This document shows, piece after piece, positions 20,413-29,821 of a stretch of 64,000 bases of DNA. The notes under the pieces were generated by a model. It was not told the origin of the DNA and did no database searches. It saw only the letters and a list, made by a program, of their open reading frames with translations. The DNA is from an uncultured Bacteroidales bacterium (GTDB lineage Bacteria; Bacteroidota; Bacteroidia; Bacteroidales; Bacteroidaceae), in contig CASFRV010000006.1 of the NCBI GenBank assembly GCA_949297215.1, positions 20,149-84,148 of the forward strand, in the 5' to 3' direction. The translations under genes were made by a program, and so were the position numbers. The first letter of the stretch is position 1. The number at the start of each line of letters is the position of its first letter.

Positions 20413-21996
20413 TCAGGGCTCGGTCGAGCCGTCGGGCCAGGGCACGGGGCGGCCCGTGGCGGCGTCCAGGGGGCGCTGGGCGCCCTGCGCGCGCAGGCTG
20501 TCGGTGAGCTGGCGGGCCAGTTTTTTCAGCAGGTCGGGGCGGGTGGGGGCCAGGTCGGCCTGTTCGCCCACGTCGGCCCCGACGTCGTAGAGGCGCAGCT
20601 CGCGCGGTTCCCAGAAGTAGAGCAGATGGTAGGGCCCGTCGAGGAGGGCCGAGAAGGCGCCGTAGCCTTCGGCCGTGTCGGTGCTGCCGTCCCAGCGGTT
20701 GGGGAAGTGCCACACGATGGGGCGGGGGCGGAGGAGCGACGGGTCGCGCACGAGGGGCACGATGCTGCGGCCGTCCACGTGTTGCAGGGTGCGCACGCGG
20801 CCTGCGCCGGCCATGTCGAGCAGGGTGGGGAAGAGGTCCTCGATCATCACGCGGCTGCGGCTCTCGGTGCCGCCGGGCGCCACGCCGGGCCAGGCCACAA
20901 TGAGCGGCACGCGCACGCCGCCCAGGTGGGCCGAGCCTTTGCCGCCGCGTGCGGGGGCGTTCTGGTCGCGGTCGTGGCGGCCCTGGCGCGGAGAGATGGA
21001 GTGGCCGCCGTTGTCGGAGACGAAAAGGATGACGGTGCGGCGGGCCACGTCGGGGCGGGCGTCGAGAAAGGCGAGCACGTCGCCCAGGCTTTTGTCCATG
21101 CCCTCGATGAGCGCGGCGTGGCACACCTCGGCCTCGCTCAGCGGGGCGTCGAGCTGCGCGTCGTAGCGGCCGCGGCCGTCGGGCGTGCGGTAGGCGGGCG
21201 AGAAGCGGCGGTCGTCGTCGTAGGGCACGTGGATGGCATAGTGGGACAGGTAGAGGAAGAAGGGCTGCCCGGCAGCGATGGGGGCTTCGATGGCGGCCAG
21301 CGCCTCGCGCGTGAGGGCTTCGGTGAGGAACGTGCCCGTGCCCTCATATTTTTCGAGCCCCGGCACGTGAAAGGTGCCCGAGCCGTAGCGGCGCTCGCCC
21401 AGATAGCTGCCCGGCCCGCCGATGGCCGAGCCGGCGATGCTCACGTCGAAGCCCAGCGTGCGCGGGTCGGCGCCGGAGGTGCCGAGGGCGGCAAAATGGG
21501 CCTTGCCGCAAAGGATGGTGCGGTAGCCCGCGTCGTGCAGCAAGCGGGGCAGGGGCGTGGCAACGGTGGCCAGCAGCGTGTCGTGCGGCGTGGCGCGCCC
21601 GTCGGGCTGGATGCCGTTGCAGTGCCACGGCGGCAGCACGAGGTTCCCTCCCGGCAGGTCGGTGGGCGTGGCGTAGCGCAGCGTCCAGTTGGTCACGCGG
21701 TGGCGCGCCGCCGCCATGCCCGTGATGAGGCTGGCGCGCGAGGGCGACGACACGGGGCAGGCATAGGCCTCGGTAAACTTGACGCCGCGCCGCGCCAGCC
21801 GCTCCATGTTGGGCGTGCGGTAGCGCGCGTTGAGGGGCGTGGGCTCGCGCCAGAAGGGCACCGACGTGTCCTGCCAACCCATGTCGTCGACGAGGAAAAG
21901 GACGATGTTGGGCCTCCCGGCAGGCGGCGTGGCAGGCAGGGCTGCGGGGCCGAGGGCGGCCGGCGCGAGGGAAAGGAGGGGAAGAGGCATGGGCAA
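20413..21996 (-). CDS. Sulfatase (arylsulfatase A family), Ser-type active site
   Basis: 527 aa with a signal peptide. NIVLFLVDDMGWQD motif. Sulfatase signature PVSSPSRASLITG has Ser at the formylglycine position. Confidence 0.85.
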   Translation of the reverse strand: MPMPLPLLSLAPAALGPAALPATPPAGRPNIVLFLVDDMGWQDTSVPFWREPTPLNARYRTPNMERLARRGVKFTEAYACPVSSPSRASLITGMAAARHRVTNWTLRYATPTDLPGGNLVLPPWHCNGIQPDGRATPHDTLLATVATPLPRLLHDAGYRTILCGKAHFAALGTSGADPRTLGFDVSIAGSAIGGPGSYLGERRYGSGTFHVPGLEKYEGTGTFLTEALTREALAAIEAPIAAGQPFFLYLSHYAIHVPYDDDRRFSPAYRTPDGRGRYDAQLDAPLSEAEVCHAALIEGMDKSLGDVLAFLDARPDVARRTVILFVSDNGGHSISPRQGRHDRDQNAPARGGKGSAHLGGVRVPLIVAWPGVAPGGTESRSRVMIEDLFPTLLDMAGAGRVRTLQHVDGRSIVPLVRDPSLLRPRPIVWHFPNRWDGSTDTAEGYGAFSALLDGPYHLLYFWEPRELRLYDVGADVGEQADLAPTRPDLLKKLARQLTDSLRAQGAQRPLDAATGRPVPWPDGSTEP

Positions 21997-22574
21997 AGCG
22001 TTTTTTCTCGGGGCGAAGATAAGAAGATTTTTCCCGTCGGCCCGCCTGCGGGGCTGAAAAGCTGCGGCCCGCGGGCGGGCAGGGCCGGCGCCGCGGGGCG
22101 TCGTCGGGGCCGGGAGCGGACGGTTTTAACACACCGGGGCCACGCGCCGCAGGCCGCCCCGCCGACGGCCCGGCCGGGGTGTAAAAATGCAACCCTCTGA
22201 AAAAGAGACGGTAACGCGCGGCGGCGCGGCTGCAAGGCGGCGGAGCGTGCGTTTTTCGCTCCGTTTGGGGCACGAAAAGAGGCTTGCGAGCGCCCGTTCG
22301 TGGCCGTGCCTCTGCGTTTCGCTCCCATGCCTCGCCCGTTCCACGGCCTCTCTCCGTGGCGGGGCCCCCGTCGGTCCCCACAACAGGCCGGCGACGGAGC
22401 CCGAAGGGCCGTCGGGGCGTGTCATCATTTTTCGGAAACATTTAACGTCCGCCAAGAAAACATAAAGCGGCGCAGCCCGCCCTGCGCCCGCCCCGGCGAT
22501 GGCCGCGGGAGAGCCGGCGATGGCCTGTAAGGCGAAAAAGGGCGGATAAATTAGGCGGGGCAAAACTTAATACG

Positions 22575-22582
22575 TATATTTG
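22575..22582 (+). promoter_or_regulatory. -7 promoter box TATATTTG upstream of GH20 gene
   Basis: TAnnTTTG match 37 nt before the ATG at 22619. Confidence 0.5.
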
Positions 22583-22618
22583 AACGCGAATTTAATACCA
22601 TATTAATAAAAGGTACCT

Positions 22619-25600
22619 ATGAACAAACATTTCCTCCCCTCCCTGTTGCTGGGATGCGGTCTGCTGTGCGTCGGGCCCACGGCCACCGCGCAGAACATCA
22701 TCCCACGGCCGTCCGGCTACGAAGCGGCGACGGGACAGTTTGCGTTTGCCGAAGGCACGCAGGTGGCTTGCGAAGGGCTGCCCGACAGCCTGAAGACCGA
22801 GGCGCTGCGCTTTGTCGACGCCTTTGAGACGGCCTCGGGCCTCGACCTGGCCACGACCGCCACGACCGAGGGCGGCGTGACGTGCGTCCACGGCAGCTAC
22901 GACACCTATGGCGCCGAGGGCTATAAGCTCATCGTGGCCCCCGAGGGCGTGACGGTCGAGGCAGCCACCGCCGCCGGCTATTTCTATGCCTTCCAGTCGT
23001 TGAAGATGCTCCTGCCGCGCAACGTCATGGCTGAAAAGGCCGACGCCGCCGTCACGGCCTACGCCGCCCCGGCCTGCACCATCACCGACGCGCCGCGCTT
23101 TGCCTACCGCGGCTTCATGCTCGACTGTGCGCGCCATTTCTTCACCGTCGACCAGGTGAAACGCATGATCGACGTGATGGCCTACTACAAGATGAACCGT
23201 TTCCACTGGCACCTGACCGACGACCAGGGCTGGCGCTTCGAAATGCCCAAGTATCCGCGCCTGCAAACCGTGGCCGCCACGCGCCAGGGCTCGTGGAACG
23301 TTGACCCCGAGCACGGCCGCTACTACGTGGCCGACCAGTACGGGCCCTACTACTACACCGTGGAGCAGATGAAAGACGTCGTGGCCTATGCCGCAGAGCG
23401 CCACATCGAGGTGATCCCCGAGATTGAAATGCCGGGCCACCTCTGCGCCGCCATCACGGCCTATCCCGAGTTTTCGTGCAACCCCTACGGCGCTCACCGC
23501 GTGTGGAACGACGGCGGCATCTCGACCGACGTGCTCGACATCTCCAACCCCAAGGCCATACAGTTCTGCAAGGACGTGCTGGACGAGCTGACGGAGATAT
23601 TCCCCTCGGAGTATATCCACATCGGCGGCGACGAATGCCCCACGTCGGCGTGGGAGAGCAGCGCCTCGTGCCAGGCCTTGAAAGAGGAGCTGGGCTATAC
23701 CAACATACGCGGCCTGCAAAGCCACTTCACCCATGAGCTGGCCCAATATATGGCCACGAAGGAAGACCCCGCCAAACGCCGCAAGCTCATCGCATGGAAC
23801 GAGAGCGTCACGGCCGGCGGCAGCGATACCGAGCTCCTCAAAGACGACAACCTGACCATCATGTGCTGGGTGGGAGCCGAGAACGCATCGAACGTGGCCC
23901 AGAACCTGGGCATGGCCACCATCCTGACGCCGCAGCCCGCATGGTACATCAACCGCAAGCAAAGCCCGCGGCCCGACGAAGTGCACAACGCAGGCTCGGG
24001 AACGGACGCCACGCTCGAGATCGTCTACAACAACCGCCCCACCGTGCGCTCGAAAACCATCGGCGTGCAAGGCACGTTCTGGTGTGAGCACGTCTCGTCC
24101 GACTGGCTGCTCGAATACCAGGCCCTGCCGCGCCTCATCGCGCTGGCCGAAGTGGGCTGGACGCAAGACAACCTGCGCGATTTCGACAACTTCCTGGGCC
24201 GCCTGCGCCAGGACACCACCCTGCTCAACTATGGCGACTACGCCTGGTGCGACTACCTCGTGAAAGAGGAAACCGCCCAGAAGGTAATGCCCGAAGAGGG
24301 CACCTACTATCAGCTCATGTCGCGCGCGGCATCGCCCCGCGAGGGCCGCTGCATCACGCTGCTGAGCGAGGGCGCCCCGGCCCTCACGCAGTATGCCGGC
24401 AACGGCGCCCGCGAGGGCCTCTTGTGGAGCGACACGGCCATCAGCGACGAAGAGTCGGCCCTGCGCCCCTACCAGATGTGGCAGTTCGTGCCCGACCCCT
24501 CGGGCTCGGGCAAGTATGCCATGGTGTGCCAGGCCAAGCCCGAAGGCTCCGTGGTGCCCACGGCATCGGCCGCCACGACCGACGCCACGTGGAGCTACGA
24601 CGAGACCACGCGCCACTACAACTTCCTCCTGGGCGAGAGCAGCTACTACGGCCAGGACGGCGGCAACTACTACTACTCCATCCGCAGCGACCAGCATGAA
24701 GGCCTGTATATGAACATGGCCGCCGCCGGCAAGCAGCTGCGCATCAACATCTACGGCAACCCCGCCGACGGCAACGGAGGCCTCTTCACCTTCGTGCCCG
24801 ACGCCACGGACGAAGAGCAGGTGATGCCCGAAGCCGGGCAGTACTACCGCGTCGTGACGCAGGCCACCGACACGCGCGGCGGACGCTGCATCGAGCTCGT
24901 GGCCGAAGGCTCGGCCCTGACCACCGACGAGACCACGCTGGCCACGCCCGGCCAGCTGTGGAGCGCACAGCCCGTGACGGACGAGGCCGACGCCCGCTAT
25001 GCCCACCAGATGTGGCAGTTCGTGGAAGACCCCGCCAACCCCGGCCTCTACGCCATGGTGAACCAGGCCGAGCCCGACGGCTCCGTGAGCCCCACCGCCA
25101 CGAGCACCGAGCTCACCGGCCGCTGGACGTATGACGCCACGGCCCGTCACTATGCCTTCCGCCTGGGCGAGAACGGCTTCTACGGCGAAACGACGGACGG
25201 CAACTACTACTACTCCATCCGCAGCACCGAGTATGACGGCTACTACTTCAACTCGGCCGGAGCCGGCCAGAAGCTCGCCATCAACGTCTACAACAAGCCC
25301 GACGACACGAGCGCAGGCCTCTTTGCCCTCGTGCCCGAAGCAGGCGAAGCCGAAGACGAGGCCACGTATGTCGAGGACGGCAAGACGTACCGCATCGAGG
25401 TGACGGCCACGCCCGAGTGGACCGGCCTGCGCCTGAGCGATAACGGCAAGAACACGCTGGGCTACTCCACGCAGCCCTGGTGCAACGACGCCTGGACCGT
25501 CAGCGCCACCGAGGGCAGCGCAGGCACGCAGACCATCACCCTGACCAACGCCGCCACGGGCCGCGCCGTCAGCACGACGACGGCCCCCGTGCAGCTGGGC

Positions 25601-26956
25601 AGCGAGGCCGCCAGCCTCACCCTCAGGTGGAACGCCGACACCAAGGCCTACACCATCGGCAGCGGCCAGAACCTCTTCATCCCCATCGGCGAAGGCTACG
25701 CCGTCGACCCCGGTACCATCTCGCCCACGTCGGGTGCCAAGGTGCCGCAGGGCAGCAACTGGACCTTTACGCCCGTGGCCACTGCCACCTACACCGCCAA
25801 GGACGAGGACGGCAAGCTCTTGGGCACGTTCACCCAGAGCGTAGCCCTGGGCCAGCCCTATGCGCCCGAGGCACCCGCCATCAACGGCTATGAGTGCACC
25901 ACCGACGCCTCGGAGCTCACCGGCAGCGACGCCGTCGATGGCAACCTCACGTACGACGTCACCTACCGCCGCACGGCCTACGCCGTGAGCCTGCGCGCCG
26001 TCGAGCAGAACGGCCTGCTCATCGCCGAGAGCACCGAGAGCGTGCCCGCCGCCGAGAGCACCTATGCCTGGGAGGCTCCCGAGCTCGAATGGTACACCTA
26101 CGACCACGCCAGCGCCACTCCCTCGCTCGCCCTCACGAGCGACACCACCGTCACGCTCACCTACGCCACCGAGGCCGTACCCTCCTTTGCCGAGGCCCTC
26201 GATGAGGTGACCGAGATCAAAGACGGCCACTACTACCTCATCTACAACAACGACAACCGCAGCGACAACCGCAACGGCTATCTGGGCGTCAACCCCCTGA
26301 CGGGCGTCATCAGCGCCTCGTACATGCTCAGCGGTTCGCCCCTGCAAGTATGGCGCGCCGAGCAGAACGGCACAGGCTTCAAGCTCCGCAGCTCCGATGG
26401 CCGCTACATCCCGCAGCTGCCCAACGGCGGCCAGACCACCGTCGGCGACGAGGGCGACACGTTCACCTTCACCTACGACGGAGCCGACTGGGCCATCCGC
26501 GGCACCAACGGCCGCTACTTCGACGGCAACGGTGGCGGCGGCTTCACCGGCTGGAGCTCCACCTCGCCCGTGTCCTACAAGGTCTTCACCTTCCGCACCG
26601 AGCCCTACTACGCCCTCACCTACGTCTGCCGCGACATCACCGGCCAGAACGTGGGCCGCGGCACCTACACCGTCTTCTACGCCGCCGGCGAGAGCTACAC
26701 CTTAGACTGCCCCGTCGAGGCCCCTGCCGCCTATCCCTACGTGACGTGCGACGCCGAGGCCGAGAGCGGCACCATGACGGGCAACCTCACCGTCACCTAC
26801 ACCTTCAGCGATACGCCCGTGGGCATCGACGGCGCCCCCGCCGCCGGCCCCGCCGCCGACGCACCGTGGTACGACCTGAGCGGACGCCGCCTCAACGGCC
26901 GCCCCGCCACCGCGGGCGTCTACATCCACGGCACGCAGAAAGTGTATGTGAAGTAA
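22619..26956 (+). CDS. Secreted GH20 beta-N-acetylhexosaminidase with tandem QxW (ricin-type) lectin-like repeats and a T9SS C-terminal sorting domain
   Basis: 1445 aa with a signal peptide. GH20 catalytic motif HIGGDECP. Two repeats of about 180 aa each carry (Y/H)QMWQFV. The C-terminus WYDLSGRRLNGRPATAGVYIHGTQKVYVK is typical of a T9SS CTD. Confidence 0.85.
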   Translation: MNKHFLPSLLLGCGLLCVGPTATAQNIIPRPSGYEAATGQFAFAEGTQVACEGLPDSLKTEALRFVDAFETASGLDLATTATTEGGVTCVHGSYDTYGAEGYKLIVAPEGVTVEAATAAGYFYAFQSLKMLLPRNVMAEKADAAVTAYAAPACTITDAPRFAYRGFMLDCARHFFTVDQVKRMIDVMAYYKMNRFHWHLTDDQGWRFEMPKYPRLQTVAATRQGSWNVDPEHGRYYVADQYGPYYYTVEQMKDVVAYAAERHIEVIPEIEMPGHLCAAITAYPEFSCNPYGAHRVWNDGGISTDVLDISNPKAIQFCKDVLDELTEIFPSEYIHIGGDECPTSAWESSASCQALKEELGYTNIRGLQSHFTHELAQYMATKEDPAKRRKLIAWNESVTAGGSDTELLKDDNLTIMCWVGAENASNVAQNLGMATILTPQPAWYINRKQSPRPDEVHNAGSGTDATLEIVYNNRPTVRSKTIGVQGTFWCEHVSSDWLLEYQALPRLIALAEVGWTQDNLRDFDNFLGRLRQDTTLLNYGDYAWCDYLVKEETAQKVMPEEGTYYQLMSRAASPREGRCITLLSEGAPALTQYAGNGAREGLLWSDTAISDEESALRPYQMWQFVPDPSGSGKYAMVCQAKPEGSVVPTASAATTDATWSYDETTRHYNFLLGESSYYGQDGGNYYYSIRSDQHEGLYMNMAAAGKQLRINIYGNPADGNGGLFTFVPDATDEEQVMPEAGQYYRVVTQATDTRGGRCIELVAEGSALTTDETTLATPGQLWSAQPVTDEADARYAHQMWQFVEDPANPGLYAMVNQAEPDGSVSPTATSTELTGRWTYDATARHYAFRLGENGFYGETTDGNYYYSIRSTEYDGYYFNSAGAGQKLAINVYNKPDDTSAGLFALVPEAGEAEDEATYVEDGKTYRIEVTATPEWTGLRLSDNGKNTLGYSTQPWCNDAWTVSATEGSAGTQTITLTNAATGRAVSTTTAPVQLGSEAASLTLRWNADTKAYTIGSGQNLFIPIGEGYAVDPGTISPTSGAKVPQGSNWTFTPVATATYTAKDEDGKLLGTFTQSVALGQPYAPEAPAINGYECTTDASELTGSDAVDGNLTYDVTYRRTAYAVSLRAVEQNGLLIAESTESVPAAESTYAWEAPELEWYTYDHASATPSLALTSDTTVTLTYATEAVPSFAEALDEVTEIKDGHYYLIYNNDNRSDNRNGYLGVNPLTGVISASYMLSGSPLQVWRAEQNGTGFKLRSSDGRYIPQLPNGGQTTVGDEGDTFTFTYDGADWAIRGTNGRYFDGNGGGGFTGWSSTSPVSYKVFTFRTEPYYALTYVCRDITGQNVGRGTYTVFYAAGESYTLDCPVEAPAAYPYVTCDAEAESGTMTGNLTVTYTFSDTPVGIDGAPAAGPAADAPWYDLSGRRLNGRPATAGVYIHGTQKVYVK

Positions 26957-27009
26957 ACCCCTCTCCCTCCCGGGCGGCCCGCAACGCCCGCCCCGGGAGC
27001 CATCAGCCA

Positions 27010-27051
27010 AGCCACCCCGACGCCTCCCGGCGCCGGGGTGGCTGTTTTTTT
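27010..27051 (+). terminator. Intrinsic terminator after GH20 gene
   Basis: AGCCACCCCG / CGGGGTGGCT 10-bp stem (plus inner GCC/GGC), followed by G and T7. Confidence 0.8.
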
Positions 27052-27061
27052 CCCGGCCCCG

Positions 27062-27093
27062 TTTGGCGGGGGGGGGATTTTTAGCTACCTTTG
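27062..27093 (+). promoter_or_regulatory. -33 TTTG / G9 tract / -7 TACCTTTG promoter
   Basis: TTTG at 27062-27065, a 20-nt spacer containing G9 (27068-27076), and TACCTTTG at 27086-27093. It lies 112 nt upstream of the ATG at 27205. Confidence 0.55.
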
Positions 27094-27204
27094 CCGCCAC
27101 CCCGAACGAACCTCTGCACCACCGCGGCCGGCACGTCTGCACCACCGCAACCGGCGGCGTGCGGCCATTACTTTTTCGGGCCAGATCAAAAAAATTCTGC
27201 AAGC

Positions 27205-28266
27205 ATGCATATCAAGGCTCTCATCATCGTGCTTTCGTCACTCTTCGCGAGTCTCAACGTTTCAGGCCAGGCCGTCTTGCTCGATAAAACGACCGGCCAA
27301 CGCATCTCATACGCACAGATCCTAAACAGCAAGGGCGCTGTCGTAGGCACGACAGATGCCGACGGAAACCTGCCCCGCCACCTGCCCGACGAGGTTGTTA
27401 CCATTCAGCACATAGCCTATCAATCCAAAAGCGTGAATGCATCTCTGTTCAGGAAAGACGCCCCCGTCGCCCTTGCTCCCGCCTGTTATCGACTGAACAC
27501 GGCGACAGCGACAGCAAAGAAGAGAGAATACATACATCTCACGACTTATTTCAGAAGCTATCAGCTGAACGATTCCTGTATGAAATATTATAGGGATGGA
27601 TACTTGGACTTCTTTATCGACACTAAGCATAAAGACGCCGAACGACTCGTCATATCAGTCCGCAACTTCCAAAACGATTCGTTAATCGGCCGGGACAAGG
27701 AAAGAGCCGGCACTCTTGTGGATAAATATATCTACACCCCCGCCCTGGACGGTCTCACCCTGATCGAAGCATTAAAAAAGGAGGGCTGGCAATACGATGC
27801 CGACAGCACAGACAGCCGCCTCCTGCTGAACGGAATGCCCGGAGGCGCAATAAGGATCGACACAGCGCGAAGCGTTTTACGGGTGGAATACGACGCCCTT
27901 GCCTCCAAAAGAAAGGCCCCCAAAACGCTCTTTGGCTACACAACGCGTCTCGAAAACCATTACCAGACGGAGAGCTACATCTACCGCCCGCAGCGTCAGT
28001 CGTACATGGATTTAATAAACAGACAAAGCTACCGCAAACTGTTTTTCAGCCACAAGAAAGACCCCCGCGAGCAGATGGTGGAAATCTTCGACGAGCTGTA
28101 TGTGCTCAGGCGCGAGTATATGACGAAAGACGAAATGAAAAGCTACAAAAAGGCAGCGAAGACGAACCCCTCGCAGGCAGAGTGGAAATCAGACGGCGCA
28201 GCCGCGCCGCCCTTAGCCCCACAACTGGAACGAATGTTGGAAAGCAACCTGTCGCGGGTTGAATAA
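27205..28266 (+). CDS. Hypothetical secreted protein with carboxypeptidase-regulatory-like N-terminal domain
   Basis: 353 aa from MHIKALIIVLSSLFASLNVSGQ (signal peptide). N-terminal pattern AVLLDKTTGQRISYAQILNSKGAVVGTTDADGN. Visibly lower G+C than the flanking genes. Confidence 0.6.
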   Translation: MHIKALIIVLSSLFASLNVSGQAVLLDKTTGQRISYAQILNSKGAVVGTTDADGNLPRHLPDEVVTIQHIAYQSKSVNASLFRKDAPVALAPACYRLNTATATAKKREYIHLTTYFRSYQLNDSCMKYYRDGYLDFFIDTKHKDAERLVISVRNFQNDSLIGRDKERAGTLVDKYIYTPALDGLTLIEALKKEGWQYDADSTDSRLLLNGMPGGAIRIDTARSVLRVEYDALASKRKAPKTLFGYTTRLENHYQTESYIYRPQRQSYMDLINRQSYRKLFFSHKKDPREQMVEIFDELYVLRREYMTKDEMKSYKKAAKTNPSQAEWKSDGAAAPPLAPQLERMLESNLSRVE

Positions 28267-28387
28267 AAAAGGAGGAAGAGCCTATTTCATGATGTAATCC
28301 AGGTAGCAATAACGCACCCCCATGCCCCCATCCATCTCAACCTTCTGCCTTTGGGCATCCTCTCCAAGGAGAAGCGACAAGCGCTCC

Positions 28388-28434
28388 GTCGTAATTTGCT
28401 TTCAAATTAGTATCTTTGCTTCATTAGGAACAGC
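28388..28434 (+). CRISPR. Solitary, degenerate 47-nt type II-C CRISPR repeat (no spacer array)
   Basis: GTCGTAATTTGCTTTCAAATTAGTATCTTTGCTTCATTAGGAACAGC. Positions 2-23 pair with the tracrRNA anti-repeat at 34550-34570. It resembles the 47-nt Bacteroidota II-C repeat family as I recall it. No second copy was seen in the window. Confidence 0.75.
28411..28418 (+). promoter_or_regulatory. -7 promoter box TATCTTTG embedded in the CRISPR repeat
   Basis: Perfect TAnnTTTG inside the repeat, oriented toward cas2 (antisense to the cas operon). Confidence 0.45.
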
Positions 28435-28506
28435 GGATTTTAAGTAAATCGTTTTGTTTCAATGAGATGTAAGGATAAATAGAAAAGAAAAAAGTGAGTT
28501 CCTAAT

Positions 28507-28540
28507 AAAAATCCCGCTTTCGTCTGGGCGGGATTTTTTT
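28507..28540. terminator. Bidirectional intrinsic terminator at the cas2 3' end
   Basis: AAAAATCCCGC / GCGGGATTTTT form an 11-bp stem with a 10-nt loop. A T-run lies on the plus strand (T7) and TTTTTATT on the minus strand. It sits 2 nt from the cas2 stop. Confidence 0.75.
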
Positions 28541-28542
28541 GT

Positions 28543-29813
<1,271 letters not shown>

Positions 29814-29821
<8 letters not shown>

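Noticed and set aside
21997-22618. About 620-bp G+C-rich gap between the sulfatase and GH20 genes, with ORFs 22126-22563 (-) and 22187-22465 (+)
   Set aside because: The ORFs have Arg/Pro/Gly-rich nonsense composition and no start context. I found no RNA motif I could support, so the region is treated as a divergent promoter/UTR region only.
22592-26347. 1251-aa minus-strand ORF
   Set aside because: It is antisense to the GH20 gene, which has clear catalytic and sorting motifs. The antisense product is G/A/V/R-rich with no motifs.
28323-28369. Possible second, highly decayed CRISPR repeat around TGCCTTTGGGCAT
   Set aside because: It resembles the repeat only around CTTTG. The register (65 nt from the real repeat instead of about 77) and the rest of the sequence do not match.
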